A DNA stretch of 63,858 nucleotides, the filler included, from Octopus bimaculoides (lineage: Eukaryota), in NCBI RefSeq assembly GCF_001194135.2. It is 3 parts of 2 records of this genome, joined end to end, with 100 filler letters (N's around TTAATTAATTAA, not from the genome) between each part and the next. Parts side by side here need not be neighbours in the genome. Positions count along the whole stretch, not along the records: positions 34,859 to 63,858 come from NC_068997.1; 2 more parts are not named here. One strand, 5' to 3'. Numbering within the stretch: the stretch's first letter is position 1; each line of letters opens with the position of its first letter. Position numbers and translations under genes: made by a program. The notes under the pieces are model-generated. The model worked only from the letters and a program-made list of their open reading frames with translations. It was not told the origin of the DNA and ran no database searches. Shown one piece after another: positions 51,551 to 63,858 of the stretch.

Positions 51551-52133
51551 CACAGACATGCAGGAAGTAAATAGACACCTTTAATTTTCAAACTTTCTGA
51601 TCTAAACATCCTAATATGTTTTCAGCGGTGTAGAATTTACAATGTAATTATTCTTTTTCATTCCATGTGCCATTATATTAAGCATTTGTGAAGAGTAACC
51701 ATGCCACGCACAAAAAAAATTCAGCAGAACTGTCAGATTTTCAAAGAGGTCTATCGTTGGGCAATCTGAGGCTGGTCTTGGCCAGCGAAAAATTGCTGAA
51801 AATCTTCAAATTCCTCTTGCTATTTATTGTTAATAGAATTATGGTGCAATTCAAAAGCCAAGGAAAAGAATCAACAGATTCTTGTCCCAATCGATCTGGG
51901 CCCTTGGAAAGGAAGCTTCGCTGTTTGAAGAGAATCGTGGAAAATGAACCCAGTTCAAAGGCTTCTGACATTGCAAAACAGCTAGAAGTTAGTCCAAGAA
52001 TGTGTGTTACATATCTGCATAAGCTTGAGTATTATGGACGAGCAGCTAGAAGAACACCTCTCCTTCAACTAATTAATATCAAATGAAAGATTTTGAAAAT
52101 GAAAGGTGTCTATTTACTTCCTGCATGTTTGTG
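51551..52133 (+). mobile_element. Tc1-family transposon internal-deletion derivative: intact TIRs and TA TSD, retaining only a frameshifted N-terminal DNA-binding region
   Basis: TA|CACAGACATGCAGGAAGTAAATAGACACCTTTAATTTTCAAA ... TTTGAAAATGAAAGGTGTCTATTTACTTCCTGCATGTTTGTG|TA. From the ATG at 51701 it reads, across frameshifts, MPR..ELSDFQRG.IVGQSEAGLGQRKIAENLQIP..VNRIMVQFKSQG...LRCLKRIVENEP..ASDIAKQLEVS...GRAARRTPLL. No DDE domain. Confidence 0.92.
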
Positions 52134-52639
52134 TATATCTATATTTATAGAGAGTGAAAGTAGGAGATACATACATACATACATACACACATACATACAT
52201 ACATACATACATACATACATACATACATACATACATACATGCATGCATACATACATACATACATAAATATATACATGCATGCATGCATACATACATACAT
52301 ACATACATGCATACATACATACATACATGCATATATATGTATATATAAATATATACCAAAACAGAAGATTGGAAAAAATTTGATATATTTTTAATTATTA
52401 AAAACACCATAATTTTTCAGTCTTCCTCAAAGTGAATTCGCCACAAAACTCCAGTTGCTATGTATATCACATTGAAAGCAAAACATCTATATATGCATAC
52501 ATATATACCACATGCCACATGTTTACAGTAGACAGGAGGTATCTCATGGAGCTGGGGAGTGACTGGGATTCTTCTATCTGACAGTTTGCCAGGAAGGACC
52601 TTGGAATACACTGATAAATGATTAATGCAGCAATGTGTT

Positions 52640-53012
52640 GCAATGGTGCATACCCCTACACCTGGAAGGATGAAAGGCAGAGTCGACTACGACAGCATTT
52701 GAACTCAGAACATAAAGTCAGACAAAATATTGCTAAGCATTTTGCCCAGCATGGTAACAATTCTGCCAGCTCAATGCCTTATTATTATTTATAATAATAT
52801 TCCTTTCTGCTAAAGTCATAAGGCCTGAAATTTCAGGGAGGAGATTAGTTGATTGCATCGACCCCAGTGATTCACTGGTACTTAATCTATCGACCCCGAA
52901 ACAATGAAGGGCAAAGTCGACCCCAGCGGAATTTGAACTCATAACATAAACACAGACGAAAAGTCACAGAGTATTTTGTTCAGCATGCTAATGATTCTGC
53001 CAGCCTGCTACC
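52640..53012 (-). mobile_element. Two adjacent family A SINE copies (52640-52780 and 52790-53012)
   Basis: The segment gatgaaaggcagagtcgac...tttgaactcagaacataaa...ttctgccagc occurs twice. Confidence 0.8.
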
Positions 53013-53269
53013 TTTAAACTTAAGATTATATTAACATATAGTTGTTGCTGTTAGTGGTGGTGCTGTTTGTCTTTTGGACAACTTTAGTCGTGGAGATTTA
53101 TGATCAAGAGCATTGTAGCCTCGACCATCTCATTCTTTTAAAGAATGTGGTATTATATTATTCAATGCATCCTATTCCTTCCTTAAGATGGTAGTGTGTA
53201 AGTGAGGAGGTTTAGGCTGCTATTTCTAGCTGATTGAACGGTCACATAGAGGCTAACTCATTGGCTCAT

Positions 53270-53520
53270 AGACATGTGGTGAGAATGTACGATGAGAGCC
53301 AAATGGAGAAACATTGTGAGATGGCAGTTATGTTTTTCAGCAATGGCAGATTAAAGATATCCATGTGACATGTGATAAGAATGGGTGAAGAAGTCTAAGA
53401 GATTATGAGATGGCAGTAGCCAAGAGTGGCATTAAATAATGTTGAGGTGTTACAGACATGTGGTAAGATTGGATAATGAGAAGTGGGTGAAGAGGCATGG
53501 GAGGTGAGATGATAGTTAGA
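53270..53520 (+). mobile_element. RTE-clade LINE C-terminal segment in three diverged tandem units of about 90 bp
   Basis: GACATGTG..AGA.TG at 53271, 53367 and 53455, encoding HVVRMYDES, HVIRMGEE and RCYRHVVRLDNEKWVKR, similar to the RTE motif LRW.GHV.RM...RW.K. Confidence 0.6.
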
Positions 53521-54457
53521 TGAGAAGTCATGTTGCTTCACACGATAAGAAGAATTAATCTTGCCAAGATATCAATATTTCTCTACAGAACAAAGTACTT
53601 AACTCTCCAACATCTGCCAATAACCATGTGGTTGCTTATTATATACTCGAGCAGAGAGAATCAATACTGAAATGTCTTGATCAATAAAATATGCTTTTAA
53701 ATAATTAGTGGGTGGTACGAATCTGATATTTAGTAGTGAGAATACAATAGAAGAAATAATTGTTAGCGCTGACACCTTTCTTCAACTAAAGAGGAATTCA
53801 TATTATCTCAAGACGCTGCCTGACATACAATTGGTGTTAAAAGTCCCGATCCATTCTTTCACTGGAAGGAATATGAAGGCCACTTCCAGGCTCATTCTGT
53901 GATCCTACTACAAACAGATCAGACAGATTATGATGAGATGCAAGATATCATAAAGGATAAATGTTCGGTGTAATAGATATTCATTAATTTGACTCACCAG
54001 GCCAATGTTTCACTGTTTAAAGGTCTCTCTCTCTCTATCTCTCTGTCTCTCTATCTCTCTGTCTCTGTCTCTCTCTCTGTCTCTGTCTCTCTGTAAATTT
54101 AGACTCTAAACAATGCAAGCATTTTATTATATACTTGGTCAGTAACAACTCTGATACAACAACCCCCACCAGGTTTGTTTAGAAAATTTACTTAGTAATG
54201 GATAAATTCTATGATGCTGTAATGTAACTATGCATGTAAAAGTCCCAAGGGGGTGTTGGGATTCTACTGCTTTGTACATATTTTATGATGTTAAGCAGGA
54301 GAGATATAAAACTTCACCTGGATATAATATTAGACTTCTATTGTTAACATCACCAAAAGAGCTGTTGTCTCTTCTGGAGGCTTATGACTTAGTAGTTAGG
54401 GTGTTACATATATATACATATAGATATATATATGTATGTATTTATGTATATATACAT

Positions 54458-54640
54458 AGTTGAAATTTACAGAAAAACAAAAGACAAAGACAGGTATATG
54501 AACAATAAGCAGGTGTATTAGTTTGATGCTTGGGAAGGTGAGAAAGTCCTTTATGTTTCGAGCCTATGCTCTTCAACAGAAAGAAAGACGAGGAAATAAA
54601 CAGAGAGAATAAAAAACTTGTGGATTTAGTGGTCAATCAT
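54458..54640 (-). mobile_element. Third copy of the 1473-1815 family; hammerhead-like motif at 54546-54584
   Basis: Minus strand: TCTTT-CTGTTGA-A-GAG-catagg-CTC-GAAA-CAT-A-AAGGA. Confidence 0.75.
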
Positions 54641-55150
54641 GGTATGTCCCTGTAACTTAGTCATTCAGCAAAAGCGACCAATAGACCGATAGGATAAGCA
54701 CTAGGCTTACAATAAATAAGTCCTGTGGTCGATTTGTTCGACTAAAGGCGGTGCTCCAGTATGGCCACAGTACAGTCAAATGACTGAAACAAGTAAAGAA
54801 TAAAAGAATAACAGAATCTAATTATATGATGTCCCTGTCAATTTGAAATGTCAAATCATTAACGATAACGATGACGCAACATAATTCCTTCTCCACAATT
54901 GAAACTAGGTCTCCAGCCTTGATCACGTAGAACATATCTTATCGTCTTATCTTTGGTCTCTCTTTCCCAAACTAAGCCACACACACACACATCACCACCA
55001 CCAACAACAACAGCAACAGCATCAACAATAATTTTATATACTTATTAATATCTAAAATATTAAAGAAACTTCAAGGAACAACTTTAAATGTTTTTCCAGT
55101 GCTGTTATTAAAGTTTGCTTTACACATTTAAGCATGTGTCATATATGTGA

Positions 55151-55223
<73 letters not shown>

Positions 55224-55821
55224 GGTATATGTATATATATGTAAACACATATATATAAATGTAAATATATGTGTATATGTGTGTATATATGTATATGCAT
55301 ATATTTGCAAATTATGTAACATCACAGTTATTTTGCCCTTTCGTCAGCTGTATCTGTCTATCTAACTGTCTGTCTATCTAACTGTCTGTCTATCTATTTG
55401 TGTTAGCTATTATTATTTCATATCTTTCACCTTGTAAAAGAACCACAGCGCACTAAACTACCTCTGTATTTGCTGTATACAACTAATTAATTCTGTGTGT
55501 TCGGTCCCCAAAGCTATATGATTAAACAGCTATTATTTTGAGAGGGGTAAATAATTTTTTCTCCCCTTTTTCTATATACATACATGTGATAAAGTATACA
55601 GCATATATATATACCAACAAATTTATGAATATATATATATGTATATGTATACGAATATATATATATATATATATATATGCAGACATACATAGATATATAT
55701 GCATATACACATAAATATACGCATACATATATAATATGTTTGTTTCTGTAAATGTATGTTTATGTCTGTTTCAGTATGCATGCTAATGGTATATAGCATA
55801 TAATAATAGCAATAATGATGT

Positions 55822-55864
<43 letters not shown>

Positions 55865-56551
55865 TATAAATACTATATAATGTACAGATAGATTGCTATG
55901 TAGATAAATAGATAGCATTTAATTATTATTTAACCATCTTTTAAATTGCTTTATCCACAAACTACTCGTCAAAGCTTAGAAAATTAGGATCTTTCCTCAG
56001 TATGGAAACAATATTTTTCAAAAATATATTATGTATTGTAATTAATTTTGATGTTATTTTTCATTCATTCATACTTTTACTTATTTATTCATTTACATAT
56101 ATTATGTTATATGCATATTGTGTCTGTATGTATACACACATATACATATATACATACATATAAATACATATATATATATAAATATATACAGACACATATA
56201 TATACATATATACATACACACGCACGCACATACATACACACACATATGTATATGTATTATATATATATAATACATATATATATACACATATATATTAATA
56301 CTTCAAACACGCGTTAATATATGTTTATGTACATCATATATACACAAGTATTTCAATAATGAATAAGCTGGTATATAATCATAGAGGGGCATTTATATAT
56401 ATATATATATAAATATATATATATATACACACACACACATATACACATATATACATACATATACAATCGCATAAATAAAGATATAGGCATAAATACATGA
56501 ATTCACACTCCTTCAAATTTATAAACTCACATGCATACATGCTCACACACG

Positions 56552-56610
<59 letters not shown>

Positions 56611-57017
56611 ACAAATGCACAAAGAAACTGAATTAGGTTTCAGAAATGTAATTGAATTTCATTTGTAAATTTACAAATTTATGATAAGTTTTAACTCTAT
56701 ACATTTTTCTGTGTTGTTATTGTTTTGTAACATCCATGTTCCCTGCTTTTGCATTTTCTTTTTATAGCAGTGGAGGGTTAGTTCATTTAAACTATTCCTG
56801 TTTTCCATGTAAACAATTTGCAATAATCCAAATTACCTTTTGAAGAAGCGCTTCGGCCAATTCGTGTATAGATTAGTGGTATAGCTGAACCTTGATATAT
56901 TACCGGTATGGGCATAGATAATGAACAACTTCATTAGGTATTCTATTTACGAATGTCATGATATATACTGCATAGAAATGCACATGTCTGCGTATATGTA
57001 GATAACATCACCATCAG

Positions 57018-57175
57018 GTGTGGCCATGTGGTAAGAAGTTTGTTTCTCAACCACATGGTTCCGGGTTCAGTCCCTCAGTGTGGCACCTTGGGCAAGTGTC
57101 TTCTATTATAGCCTTAGCCTGACTAAAAGCCTAGTGGTTGTATCTGGTCAACAGAACCTGAAAGAAGCCCATCAT
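57018..57175 (+). mobile_element. Family B SINE
   Basis: gtggccatgtggtaagaagtttgtttctcaaccacatggttccgggttcagtccctcagtgtggcaccttgggcaagtgtcttc. Confidence 0.85.
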
Positions 57176-57266
57176 CTATCTATCTATCTATCTACCGCCA
57201 GATCCAGGTATTGAACCCTTGTTCTCACAGTCATGAGTGCAACACCTCACACCTTGCATACATATA

Positions 57267-57514
57267 CAACCATGGCCAAAAGTTTGGAACGTTATTTTTA
57301 AAATTAAAATTATTATGTTGGAGTACAATTTGATTCAAATATATACAACATATATATTTAGTCATTTGATATAAAATTCTAATTTTCCAAGACCTATGTT
57401 CCAGAGTTTTGGTCAAAATAATTAATTATATATTGCAAATTAAATATAGCTTTGGGTATTTGATATAAAAATTCTAATATTCAGACTTACGTTCCAAAGT
57501 GTTGGCCATGACTG
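57267..57514. mobile_element. Tc1-type MITE (248 bp) with 26-bp TIRs, TA TSD and an internally duplicated right end
   Basis: TA|CAACCATGGCCAAAAGTTTGGAACGT ... ACGTTCCAAAGTGTTGGCCATGACTG|TA (22/26 match). 57364-57415 repeats 57458-57508. Confidence 0.85.
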
Positions 57515-58301
57515 TATGTATGTATATATGTGTGTACATTTGTATGTATGTATATGTGTGTACATTTGTATGTATGTATATGTGTGTACATTTGTATGTA
57601 TATGTATCATCATCATCATCATCATCAGTCTTTGATAATAATGCAAAAAGGATGCTGGTAGGAAAGAAAACCTTTGATTAAAGGTTTGCTCACTCATGAC
57701 TAATCAGTGTGCTAAACAACAAAACAACAAAAAGAATAAAGAAAGGAATTGCCATTTATTACAGGGACAATGACATCTTGGATTTATGAAGAAAGAATGA
57801 TGAAGCTGAACTTGTGAAATGGTCATTCCAGAAATACAATTGGCGACTTTGGTAATAGTTTTTTTCTGTTATAGGCACTAAATTTTGTGGGAGGGAGGTG
57901 GTTGATAGCAGCACCACCATTTCTAAACTAGTACTCATCCTACTGACCCCAAAAGAAGGAAAACCAAAGGTGGTTTTCGCAGAATTTAAAGTCGCCATGT
58001 AAATCTGGAAGAAATGCCACTAACCATTTTATCTGGTTTCTCACAATTCTTCCAATTCACCACCTTTGATTTTGGTAATATTAAAAATGGAGACTGCCTC
58101 CCTTGTAGGATGAAGTTAAAATAATAGATAGAGAACACCACTGAAAAATAGGAAAACTAAAAGAAGCAGTACATATGCTAGGACACAACTACCTCTTAAG
58201 AAGACTGAGTGCAGATATGAGTAATATATGGGAACCGGTATTAACAAAGGATAGGAGAATATTAAATTTATAAGCCCTAAAATTCACTCCTCAATTGCCC
58301 A

Positions 58302-58550
58302 TGGCCATATGGCATAGTGGTTAAGAGCATGGGCTACTAACCCCAAAATTCCGAGTTCAATTCCAGGCAGTGACCTGAATAATAATAATAATAATAATAG
58401 TAATAATAACATCGAAAAATACCTTAGGAATGAGAACCCAAGTTCGAAATTTTCCCAAGACACATGATGAAAGCTGGAGGGTATATCAGCCAAAATGTGT
58501 TAACAACGAACAAGATGAGGACAAATATCCATCAAATGTAAATAATGTAC
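58302..58550 (+). mobile_element. tRNA-like head, (AAT)n linker and a tail with a decayed hammerhead-like motif (58459-58501)
   Basis: A-box TGGCATAGTGG (58310-20) and B-box-like GAGTTCAATTCC (58353-64). Tail GACAC-ATGATGA-A-AGCTG-gagggtatat-CAGCC-AAAA-T-GTGTT. Confidence 0.6.
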
Positions 58551-59172
58551 ATTATTCCTCATCTCTTAAATATAGAGAACTAACTCTTCTTTGCAAGCGA
58601 TCAAATTATACATCAACTGCTGACAAGGGGGTGTTTGTAATCACACAACAGCTAAATGTTATTGGACATTACATAAAAAAATCAAAATCACAGCAGTTCC
58701 ATGAAAAACAATTTAGTGATAAGAAATTCACAGAATTGAGCATTAAAAGAAAAATCAGGCCATAAAGAATTATAAAGTAAAGAAAAGACAAAATTAACTT
58801 AATGACTAATATTATGGCAAGTATGGAAGAAAATTCCGGACACATTTTGGTCTTATTAGACTGTCAAAAAGAATAGTCTTTTTAGCACTTACCAAAAGAG
58901 CAATGTAAATTGACATTATTGAGTCAAATAAGCATTAAATACACTTTATTCTCTGTATTTTGAATTCTGTTAAGAACTGAATTGCTAGTTGTGGATTGCC
59001 AGCAGACCAATCACTGGTTGTGTGCATATGCAATGGTAAGAACGAAAAGGGAGTGTCTGTACAATGAAGCAGAACAATTATTACTCAAAGAATTGTTGCT
59101 TAAAATCACCAGATTATCAAATATCTCTTTAAGACACATAGGAACATACACTGATCCTTGCATAGAAATAAA

Positions 59173-59215
<43 letters not shown>

Positions 59216-59225
59216 NNNNNNNNNN

Positions 59226-59268
<43 letters not shown>

Positions 59269-59529
59269 GTCAGCAGAGTCATTAGAGTGTCAAACAAAAT
59301 GCCTTGTGCATAGGTTATATGGTTAGAGGTATTGGAGTGAGAGAGGCAAGAGAGTTTATTCATATGCAATTCACCATCATATATTTTAGCATTCATATTA
59401 CATATGCTTGTGATAACGATAACATTTCTAACACCAGATTTCTTAATCTTGTGCATAAGTCATCACAACCTTAAATTATTTTAAAAGCAGTTCTGTAAAA
59501 ATCTACAATTTATTCATGAGCAAACACAG

Positions 59530-59567
<38 letters not shown>

Positions 59568-59932
59568 TGTGAGTGCAAGTGTGNNNNNNNNNNACAGGAA
59601 TAAACATGCATGTATGCACACACACACACACACACACATATAGATGGAAGATAAATTGATGGGTACATGATTTTACAAAATACATGCTTGTAAATTTATT
59701 AACACACACAAAGTGTAGACAGAAAGAGAGACAGACAGAGAGAGAGAGACATAGAGATAGAGGGAGAGAGAGAGAGAGAGATTTAAACTCACATATAAAT
59801 GATGTATGCAATGTTAATGATGGTGACCACAACGGTTAGCACTGGAGGGGCAATAAGAATGGCGCCCATAGTAATATCAACAATGGCTACAAGTCTTGAA
59901 CTAATGTGTGGTGACAATGGCAGCAAAATAGC

Positions 59933-59967
<35 letters not shown>

Positions 59968-60662
59968 GTTATCATCACCATTGTAATGATGAAAACAATG
60001 TTGGCGATGACAACGACGATGATGATGATGATGACGACAACGACGATGACAATGACGATGACGATGATGATGATGACGATGACGATGATGATGATGACAC
60101 CACCCTCACCAACACTGAAGATAATTATAATTATGATTATGAATACATTTGTAATGATTGTTAGGGTTCAATGAAAGAATTGCCTCTTCAGAAGATGAAG
60201 GAATAAATAATGGGGCCAAATGACAAATAAATGATTCTATAAAATAAATACATTCATGCAAACCCTGAAACTAGAAACAGAGGAGGAAAAGGACATACAT
60301 ATATACATGTATACACACACACTTATATATATATGTATATATATGNNNNNNNNNNNNNNNNNNNNNNNNNNNNNNNNNNNNNNNNNNNNNNNNNNNNNNN
60401 NNNNNNNNNNNNNNNNNNNNNNNNNNNNNNNNNNNNNNNNNNNNNNNNNNNNNNNNNNNNNNNNNNNNNNNNNNNNNNNNNNNNNNNNNNNNNNNNNNNN
60501 NNNNNNNNNNNNNNNNNNNNNNNNNNNNNNNNNNNNNNNNNNNNNNNNNNNNNNNNNNNNNNNNNNNNNNNNNNNNNNNNNNNNNNNNNNNNNNNNNNNN
60601 NNNNNNNNNNNNNNNNNNNNNNNNNNNNNNNNNNNNNNNNNNNNNNNNNNNNNNNNNNNNNN

Positions 60663-60700
<38 letters not shown>

Positions 60701-61025
60701 GTGAGTTTTTTATTTGTATATCTATGTGTGTGTGTGTGTACATATATATATATGTATGTATGTATGAATGTATGTATGTATAAACCAAAAACGAGGCATA
60801 GTAAAATAAAGTTCCACTTTCTCCGCTCCTCTCTCTCTCCCTCTACTCTCCCCCTCCCACCATCCTTCTCTTGCCATCCACACTTCATGCAAATAACATT
60901 TACAAACGTGACAAAATGATATCAGAGTTATTAGGCAGCTTAATTAATTCATTAGATTCACAGCAACAGTAGCGATAGCAGCAACATCATCAACAACAAC
61001 AACAACAACAAATGCAATAATAATA

Positions 61026-61095
<70 letters not shown>

Positions 61096-61120
61096 AAATA
61101 CCATCTTCTCTCAGTGACAT

Positions 61121-61155
<35 letters not shown>

Positions 61156-61365
61156 ACATTATCATCTTCCTCATTATCATTCCCTCCATCACAATCCTAC
61201 TCTTCCTCCTCCTCCTCCTCCTCCTCATCATCATCATCATCATAATCATTATCCCCATTCCATAATCAATAACATTACCATTATTATCATTGTTGTTGCT
61301 ATACATACACACACACACACACATACACACACATATATATTCATCTATCTATCTATTGATATCTG

Positions 61366-61396
<31 letters not shown>

Positions 61397-61441
61397 ATAT
61401 GTATATATATATATATGTATGTATATGTATGTATACATATA

Positions 61442-61545
<104 letters not shown>

Positions 61546-62169
61546 CACTCATACACGTCCATGCATATATAATTCCTAATACAGTGACACATACACACAT
61601 GCACACAAACGTACATATACATGATTCTCTGCTATTAGACAGAGCATGAATAAACTCTTTTTGTCTCAACTGATTATACTCGTAAACTCTGCCAAGTCAA
61701 CAAGCCCGACCAACCTCCTGCCCTCCCCAAGCTCGTTCCACTAGGAGCTTGATGCTTCACACTCCAATGTGTTAGCTAGATTTGCTAATTAACAGGAAGC
61801 ATTAACTATTTATGTCGTTTAGCAGTCACTAGCAAAATAATTTTTCCTGATATCAGGTTCAAATCTGATGAAACTGTTTACAACGGTGAGACTGCCATTA
61901 AAACCGAAAAACAGGAATCTGATATTTGCTGGTAAATTCTTGAAACTTAGCATGGAAAAAAAATAAATAAATAAAAAAAATAAAAGAAAGAAAAAGAAAC
62001 ATTATTAGATCTTCCACACTGCTGGTATAGGGAGGAGAGAGGGAGAGAGAGAAAGTGGGGTGGGGAGAAGGGGAGAAAAGTTGGCCATTAAAACAATGGT
62101 GATGATGATCTTAATTACAATGATGATGAATATGATGATGATGATGATGATGATGATGTAGTGATGATA

Positions 62170-62252
62170 ATGATGTGATGGTGTTGGTTTGATGATGACG
62201 ATGACAATGACAACAATGACGACAACGACGACGACGACGATGATGATGATGG

Positions 62253-62291
<39 letters not shown>

Positions 62292-62420
62292 GGATGATGA
62301 TGGTGATAATGATGCGATGGTGTCGGTTTGATGATGACAATGATGATTTGATGACGATGACAATGACAACAATGACGACGACGACGACGACGACGAAGAT
62401 GATGATGATGATGATGGTGA
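62170..62420. repeat. Two-copy ~139-bp duplication of a compound (GAT/GAC)n microsatellite unit
   Basis: ATGATGTGATGGTGTTGGTTTGATGATGAC at 62170 and ATGATGCGATGGTGTCGGTTTGATGATGAC at 62309. Confidence 0.75.
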
Positions 62421-62974
62421 GAATGGCTAGGGTGATGAGGTGATGATGAAGATGTTATAACGATAATGCTGGTGTTGATAATGACAAAGGTGATGATACT
62501 GCTGGTAGCGTTATTGTTGTTGCTGCTACTGATGAGGATGTGGAGGAAGAGGAGGGGGAGGTTTCTGATATTGTTTATCTGTCTGTTGGAGTAGAGTTAT
62601 CAATGATCAAAGTCATTCCATTCGTGACCACCCTGTCTTTTATTCAGACGTAGTATATCTGGGACTACAATCTCCTCGATGTATTCTTCCTTTAACAAAA
62701 GAGTAAAGTATGATTTGAAAGGTAATTGACTACTGTTTCTAGAAAAATCAAGCTATGACAACATAAAAAAAATCCCTCATTGAATAACAAATTGGTGATG
62801 ACGACGACGACAAGGGTGATGACAGTAACATCGACGATGATGATGATGGTATTGATGATGAGGAGGAGGANNNNNNNNNNNNNNNNNNNNNNNNNNNNNN
62901 NNNNNNNNNNNNNNNNNNNNNNNNNNNNNNNNNNNNNNNNNNNNNNNNNNNNNNNNNNNNNNNNNNNNNNNNNN

Positions 62975-63005
<31 letters not shown>

Positions 63006-63047
63006 GGAGGAGGAGGAGGAGGAGGAGGAGGATGTTGAAGATGATGG

Positions 63048-63096
<49 letters not shown>

Positions 63097-63817
63097 ATTG
63101 ATTACTATGTCTAGAGAAAACAGATCAATAAAACAACAGAAACTGATTGAAATCAAATTGTCGTTATGGTACTTTGTCTTTGTCCTTTCCTGTGTGTTTT
63201 ATTTTAGAAATGAATTGGAAGAGGAGGTTGTGACGTTCATCCTTTTTTTGTAGAATTGCTTATACTGTAAATGAATATATTAGATTTGTAGCATAAATTA
63301 GATTACTACAACTGTTTTCATTAGCAATTATGACTATATTTTCATTAATTTATTTAGGTGCCTCTGTAGTCCTGAACAGCCTTGGACACACATCCTCTCA
63401 GCCATCTGACCCAGAATCACCTTAGCAGCAACTGAGAAAACCAATACACAGAACCCTATTGTATATAATTATAGACAGCAAACTACAGCATATGACAGGT
63501 ACCCAAACATAACCAGAAACAGTCTCTATGGAACAAGCCCATTATAGTTCAGTCTTCTGCTGCTAGAAGCTACTTGATGTGGTCTTCAGGCAGCAGTCTG
63601 CTGATTGGCAGCATCGAGTGAAGTCATACTGTCATGTGGTGTATCTTTGTTTTGCAGTGCTTGTCCCCTGTTTGTTGATTTCTGCAAGGGGGTCAATTTC
63701 TTCGACTAAAGGGTAGTGCTCCAGCATGGCCACAGCCAAATGACTGAAACAAGTAAAACAGTAACAGATATACATACATACATATATATCCTTCAGATGT
63801 ATGCTTTATCATCGTCA

Positions 63818-63858
<41 letters not shown>

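Noticed and set aside
53825-53975. Protein-looking frame PDPFFHWKEYEGHFQAHSVILLQTDQTDYDEMQDIIKDKCSV
   Set aside because: Bounded by stops, weak splice sites, a competing minus-strand reading and no recognisable family.
55325-55350. Minus-strand CTGACGAAAGGGC half-motif
   Set aside because: No complementary stem II arm and no GAAA follow.
58302-58376. Functional tRNA gene
   Set aside because: The acceptor and anticodon stems are imperfect, the ACT anticodon is atypical and the sequence runs into an (AAT)n tract, which fits a SINE head.

Overview
AT-rich, microsatellite-saturated, gap-ridden eukaryotic scaffold segment. The SINE families and the (TA)n/(CA)n/(ATG)n load suggest an octopus-type cephalopod draft assembly; this is inference and was not verified. 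No complete or recognisable protein-coding gene is visible, and the ORF track is almost entirely microsatellite and N-gap artefact. The window contains tRNA-headed and RTE-tailed SINEs, decayed LINE pieces (Tx1/L1, CR1, RTE), Tc1/mariner-, pogo/Tigger-, piggyBac- and hAT-like non-autonomous DNA elements, two long fold-back elements and a few weak candidate exons. The main unexplained signal is a set of type I hammerhead ribozyme motifs in five apparently unrelated non-coding sequence contexts. One is fully canonical (3190-3276, +) and one is near-intact (6250-6320, -). Two decayed copies sit 371 bp apart in a retrozyme-like tandem repeat (44018-44700). There is also a three-copy family with a CUGUUGA core variant and a decayed motif behind a tRNA-like head (58302-58550). 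Four of the five have a short self-complementary stem III, as in Penelope-associated hammerheads that cleave as dimers; in the fifth it is partly deleted. All structures were folded by eye and no activity has been tested.
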